DNA of 64,000 bases from a virus, in IMG/VR virus record IMGVR_UViG_3300034407_001956, positions 1 to 64,000 of that record; one strand, given 5' to 3'. A model generated the notes under the pieces. The model did not search any database. It saw nothing but the letters and a program-made list of their open reading frames with translations, and was not told the origin of the DNA. This document shows, piece by piece, positions 63,844 to 64,000 of the stretch. The first letter of the stretch is position 1, and each line of letters opens with the position of its first letter. Made by a program: the position numbers and the translations under genes.

Positions 63844-63914
63844 AAGTAATACTAAAAACTTAATTTTTATATATTTATTTACATAACAATAACGCGTTAA
63901 TTGAGGACTGTATT

Positions 63915-64000
63915 ATGAAAACAATACTAACAACAATACTTTCTTTGTTTATCTTCTTTGGTGCTGTTCCAAATTTGAATGCTTCAGATATGAAGATGGA
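63915..64000 (+). CDS. Secreted protein, 3' truncated
   Basis: SD GAGGA; MKTILTTILSLFIFFGAVPNLNA signal peptide. Confidence 0.5.
   Translation, partial: MKTILTTILSLFIFFGAVPNLNASDMKM

Noticed and set aside
1-64000. Stop-codon reassignment, or inteins/introns in RecA, helicase, NrdJ or PolB
   Set aside because: Genes are full length and tightly coupled under code 11 with all three stop codons used; protein lengths are normal with no insertions evident.

Overview
AT-rich, gene-dense, almost entirely + strand segment of a large tailed dsDNA bacteriophage with a T4-like replisome. AGGAG Shine-Dalgarno sites and TTGACW-N17/18-TATATT promoters indicate a bacterial host; an FCB-type TonB receptor suggests an FCB-group host outside Bacteroidota (inference). 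Layout: (1) 1-18.5 kb, replication/recombination module (UvsX/RecA, 5'-3' exonuclease, helicase, B12-dependent NrdJ, PolB, clamp, clamp loader) with inserted accessory genes: a TonB-dependent receptor preceded by an H-type pseudoknot, two Mom-like DNA modifiers and a heptose kinase. (2) 18.5-48.2 kb, a ~30 kb glycan island with glycosyltransferases, methyltransferases, NDP-sugar and ADP-heptose enzymes, and a complete CyTase-PepM/Ppd/Fe-ADH route predicted to give CMP-2-hydroxyethylphosphonate. (3) 48.4-54.6 kb, small accessory genes, a third Mom paralog, a mini protein kinase and a structured intergenic RNA. (4) 54.6-56.6 kb, a control region with an orientation-switching TGWCA-N3-TGWCA box array, a catalytically degenerate HTH-HNH gene, and rRNA-operon-like tandem promoters with boxA driving a ~430-nt structured putative ncRNA with a tRNA-like domain. 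(5) 56.6-64 kb, early-type small genes, UvsE, a PNKP-like phosphatase, tRNA-Gly and a PC4-like protein. Strongest novelty candidates: the phage phosphonoglycan pathway, the large ncRNA locus, and the NrdJ-pseudoknot-TBDR unit. All calls come from motif recognition by eye; no searches were run.
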